This document shows positions 62,877 to 64,000 of a DNA stretch of 64,000 bases, piece after piece. The first letter of the stretch is position 1. Each line of letters opens with the position of its first letter. Source of the stretch: Actinomycetota bacterium. Lineage in GTDB: Bacteria > Actinomycetota > Acidimicrobiia > Acidimicrobiales > CADCSY01. The stretch lies in assembly GCA_019347915.1 (NCBI GenBank), contig JAHWKL010000002.1, positions 2,425-66,424 of the forward strand. Reading direction: 5' to 3'. Under the pieces are notes generated by a model. That model did not search any database. It was given only the letters and a program-made list of their open reading frames with translations, and was not told the DNA's origin. Made by a program: the position numbers and the translations under genes.

Positions 62877-63387
62877 GCGATCCGAACGTACGGCTGGAGC
62901 GCCTGGGGCCCCACCACCATCTCGGCAGCTTCGAGTGCGGGAACGCGGAGCTCGACGACTGGCTTCGACGCCATGCCGTCCCGGCACAGGAGATGGCTCG
63001 GCCCGGACGTTCGTGCTCATCAGCAAGGACCACGTCGTTGGCTACTTCAGCCTCACCATGGGCTCGGTGCGACGGGCCGACGCCCCCGCCAAGCTCGTAC
63101 GAGGCCTACCTGCCTATCCCGTCGGGATGGTTCTGCTCGCCCGGCTCGCCGTCGCCGGCCAGGCCCAGGGCAAGGGGATGGGTGCGTTGTTGCTGGCGGA
63201 GGCTCTGCGCAAGGCCGTCGCAGCCGGGGAGGCTGTCGCAGCCCGACTGGTCGTGCTCGACGCCGTCGATGACGACGCCGCCAGGTTCTACGAACGACAC
63301 GGCTTTGTCCCCGCTCCCGGCCACCGGCTGCGGCTGTACCGACGAATGAAGGACATCCGCGCCAGCCTCGATCGGGCACGGCAGTGA
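62873..63387 (+). pseudogene. GNAT acetyltransferase toxin (TacT/KacT type), frameshifted
   Basis: The frame from GTG 62873 gives MSDPNVRLERLGPHHHLGSFECGNAELDDWLRRHAVPAQEMA, then nonsense. The -1 frame (62836..63387 ORF) continues SARTFVLISKDHVVGYFSLTMGSV...LARLAVAGQAQGKGMGALLLAEAL...FYERHGFVP with the acetyl-CoA motif QxxGxG. The 1-nt indel is at ~62990-63005. Confidence 0.8.
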
Positions 63388-63457
63388 GCGACGCAGGAAG
63401 GAGCAGTCGACGCCGCGGATGATCCGGGTCGACGGCGAAGGCGTCCATCCCTGATGA

Positions 63458-63518
63458 GGGGTCTTCCTTACTCGAGCCCACTCTGACCACACGTCGATAG
63501 AAGAGGGACCGACATGAT
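63458..63518 (+). repeat. 61-nt intergenic element, copy 2
   Basis: ggggtcttccttactcgagcccactctgaccacacgtcgatagaagagggaccgacatgat. It ends 23 nt before the ATG at 63542. Confidence 0.85.
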
Positions 63519-63541
63519 GAGACATCTGGCAGGGTAAGGGC

Positions 63542-63859
63542 ATGGATTCGGCGCGTTCGTACGAGCACATCACCGCCGAGGACCTTGCTCGACTCGGCGA
63601 GCTCGCCGGCGCCGACCGAGAGCAGTTCTTCAAGGGGCGCCCCGAGTACCGGGATCGGCTTCGCACCGCAAACCAGAGGGACCTCTTCCGGCGAATCTTC
63701 GGGTTGGCGACTTCATGCTCGATGCTCGCTGGCATGGTCGACTCGTCCAACGCGAAGACCGCTTCTGCGTCGTCGCCTACGACGGCCTCGACCCGCTCAC
63801 CGGACGTGAGCGGCTGTCGCTGGGACCCGCGGCCACTCGTGAGGGCGCCGAGCAGGTAG
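63542..63859 (+). CDS. Hypothetical ORF (only the first ~45 aa look coding)
   Basis: MDSARSYEHITAEDLARLGELAGADREQFFKGRPEYRDRL has plausible composition. The remainder overlaps the integrase-like frame and looks like read-through. Confidence 0.3.
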   Translation: MDSARSYEHITAEDLARLGELAGADREQFFKGRPEYRDRLRTANQRDLFRRIFGLATSCSMLAGMVDSSNAKTASASSPTTASTRSPDVSGCRWDPRPLVRAPSR

Positions 63860-63975
63860 CCGGCGATGGCGGCGAGGCCGGGTGGTCCTGCGGGCCCGAA
63901 ATGAAAGCACGGAGCCCGCCCCGCCGCCGTAGAAGCTGCAACGGGATGGCGAACGGGGAAGGAACCCCACCATGA
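63715..63975 (+). pseudogene. Tyrosine-integrase N-terminal arm-binding domain fragment
   Basis: ARWHGRLVQREDRFCVVAYDGLDPLTGRERLSLGPAATREGAEQVA matches the GxxYQRxDGRWxxxxxxGxDPxTGKRxxxxxxxxTRxEAExxL pattern of actinophage / integrative-element integrases. The sequence then degenerates and stops at 63975, with no catalytic domain in the window. Confidence 0.45.
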
Positions 63976-64000
63976 TGATCACCGAGTTGAGCAAGCGTGT

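Noticed and set aside
63451-63470. CTGATGAG immediately before repeat copy 2, reminiscent of the hammerhead ribozyme core.
   Set aside because: There is no matching GAAA core or stem II/III geometry downstream, and copy 1 lacks the CUGAUGA box (it has cAGATGAc).

Overview
High-GC (~70%), actinobacterium-like chromosomal window. About 68% of it is one uninterrupted minus-strand ORF (2499..46235, 14,578 codons; likely start at GTG 46178 or ATG 46151). It encodes a secreted giant multidomain protein. From N to C terminus I read: a Sec-type signal peptide; a metzincin-like HExxHxxGxxH module; an A/S/G/T-rich beta-helix-like region; and a ~17 kb array of ~40 diverged ~120-aa modules. The array modules carry the signature (L/V)PAGP(Y/F)..GQxLxGD..FEQ..VNTT, which I cannot assign to a named family. 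Five junction modules punctuate the array into super-repeats, and two FG-GAP/VCBS beta-propellers are nested in it. Next come about 10 Ig-like modules, two non-repetitive beta-rich domains, ~10 kb of RTX-type Ca-binding repeats with Calx-beta-like inserts, two LamG domains and a second metzincin-like module. The long plus-strand ORFs inside this gene are codon-aligned antisense shadows. Left flank: a BsuPI-like secreted protein and a beta-helix lipoprotein that converge on, and overlap, the giant gene. Right flank (46.2-58.9 kb) is ordinary housekeeping: a small MT0933-like protein, a MarR remnant, a VOC enzyme, a frameshifted NhaP2-type K+/H+ antiporter, a 4-gene sugar ABC importer, a DLH-like hydrolase, TrxC-type thioredoxin and a MOSC protein. 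The last ~5 kb (59-64 kb) is a decayed mobile-element and toxin-antitoxin graveyard. It holds a frameshifted D12-like methylase coupled to an XRE gene, a 370-bp IS6110-like IS3 stump, a truncated ORF fused to a sigma-like gene, and an RHH pseudogene. It also holds an intact DUF1778 antitoxin with a frameshifted GNAT toxin, an integrase arm-domain fragment, and a 61-nt intergenic element present twice. No rRNA, tRNA or CRISPR array was seen. All family assignments come from motif recognition by eye, not database searches.
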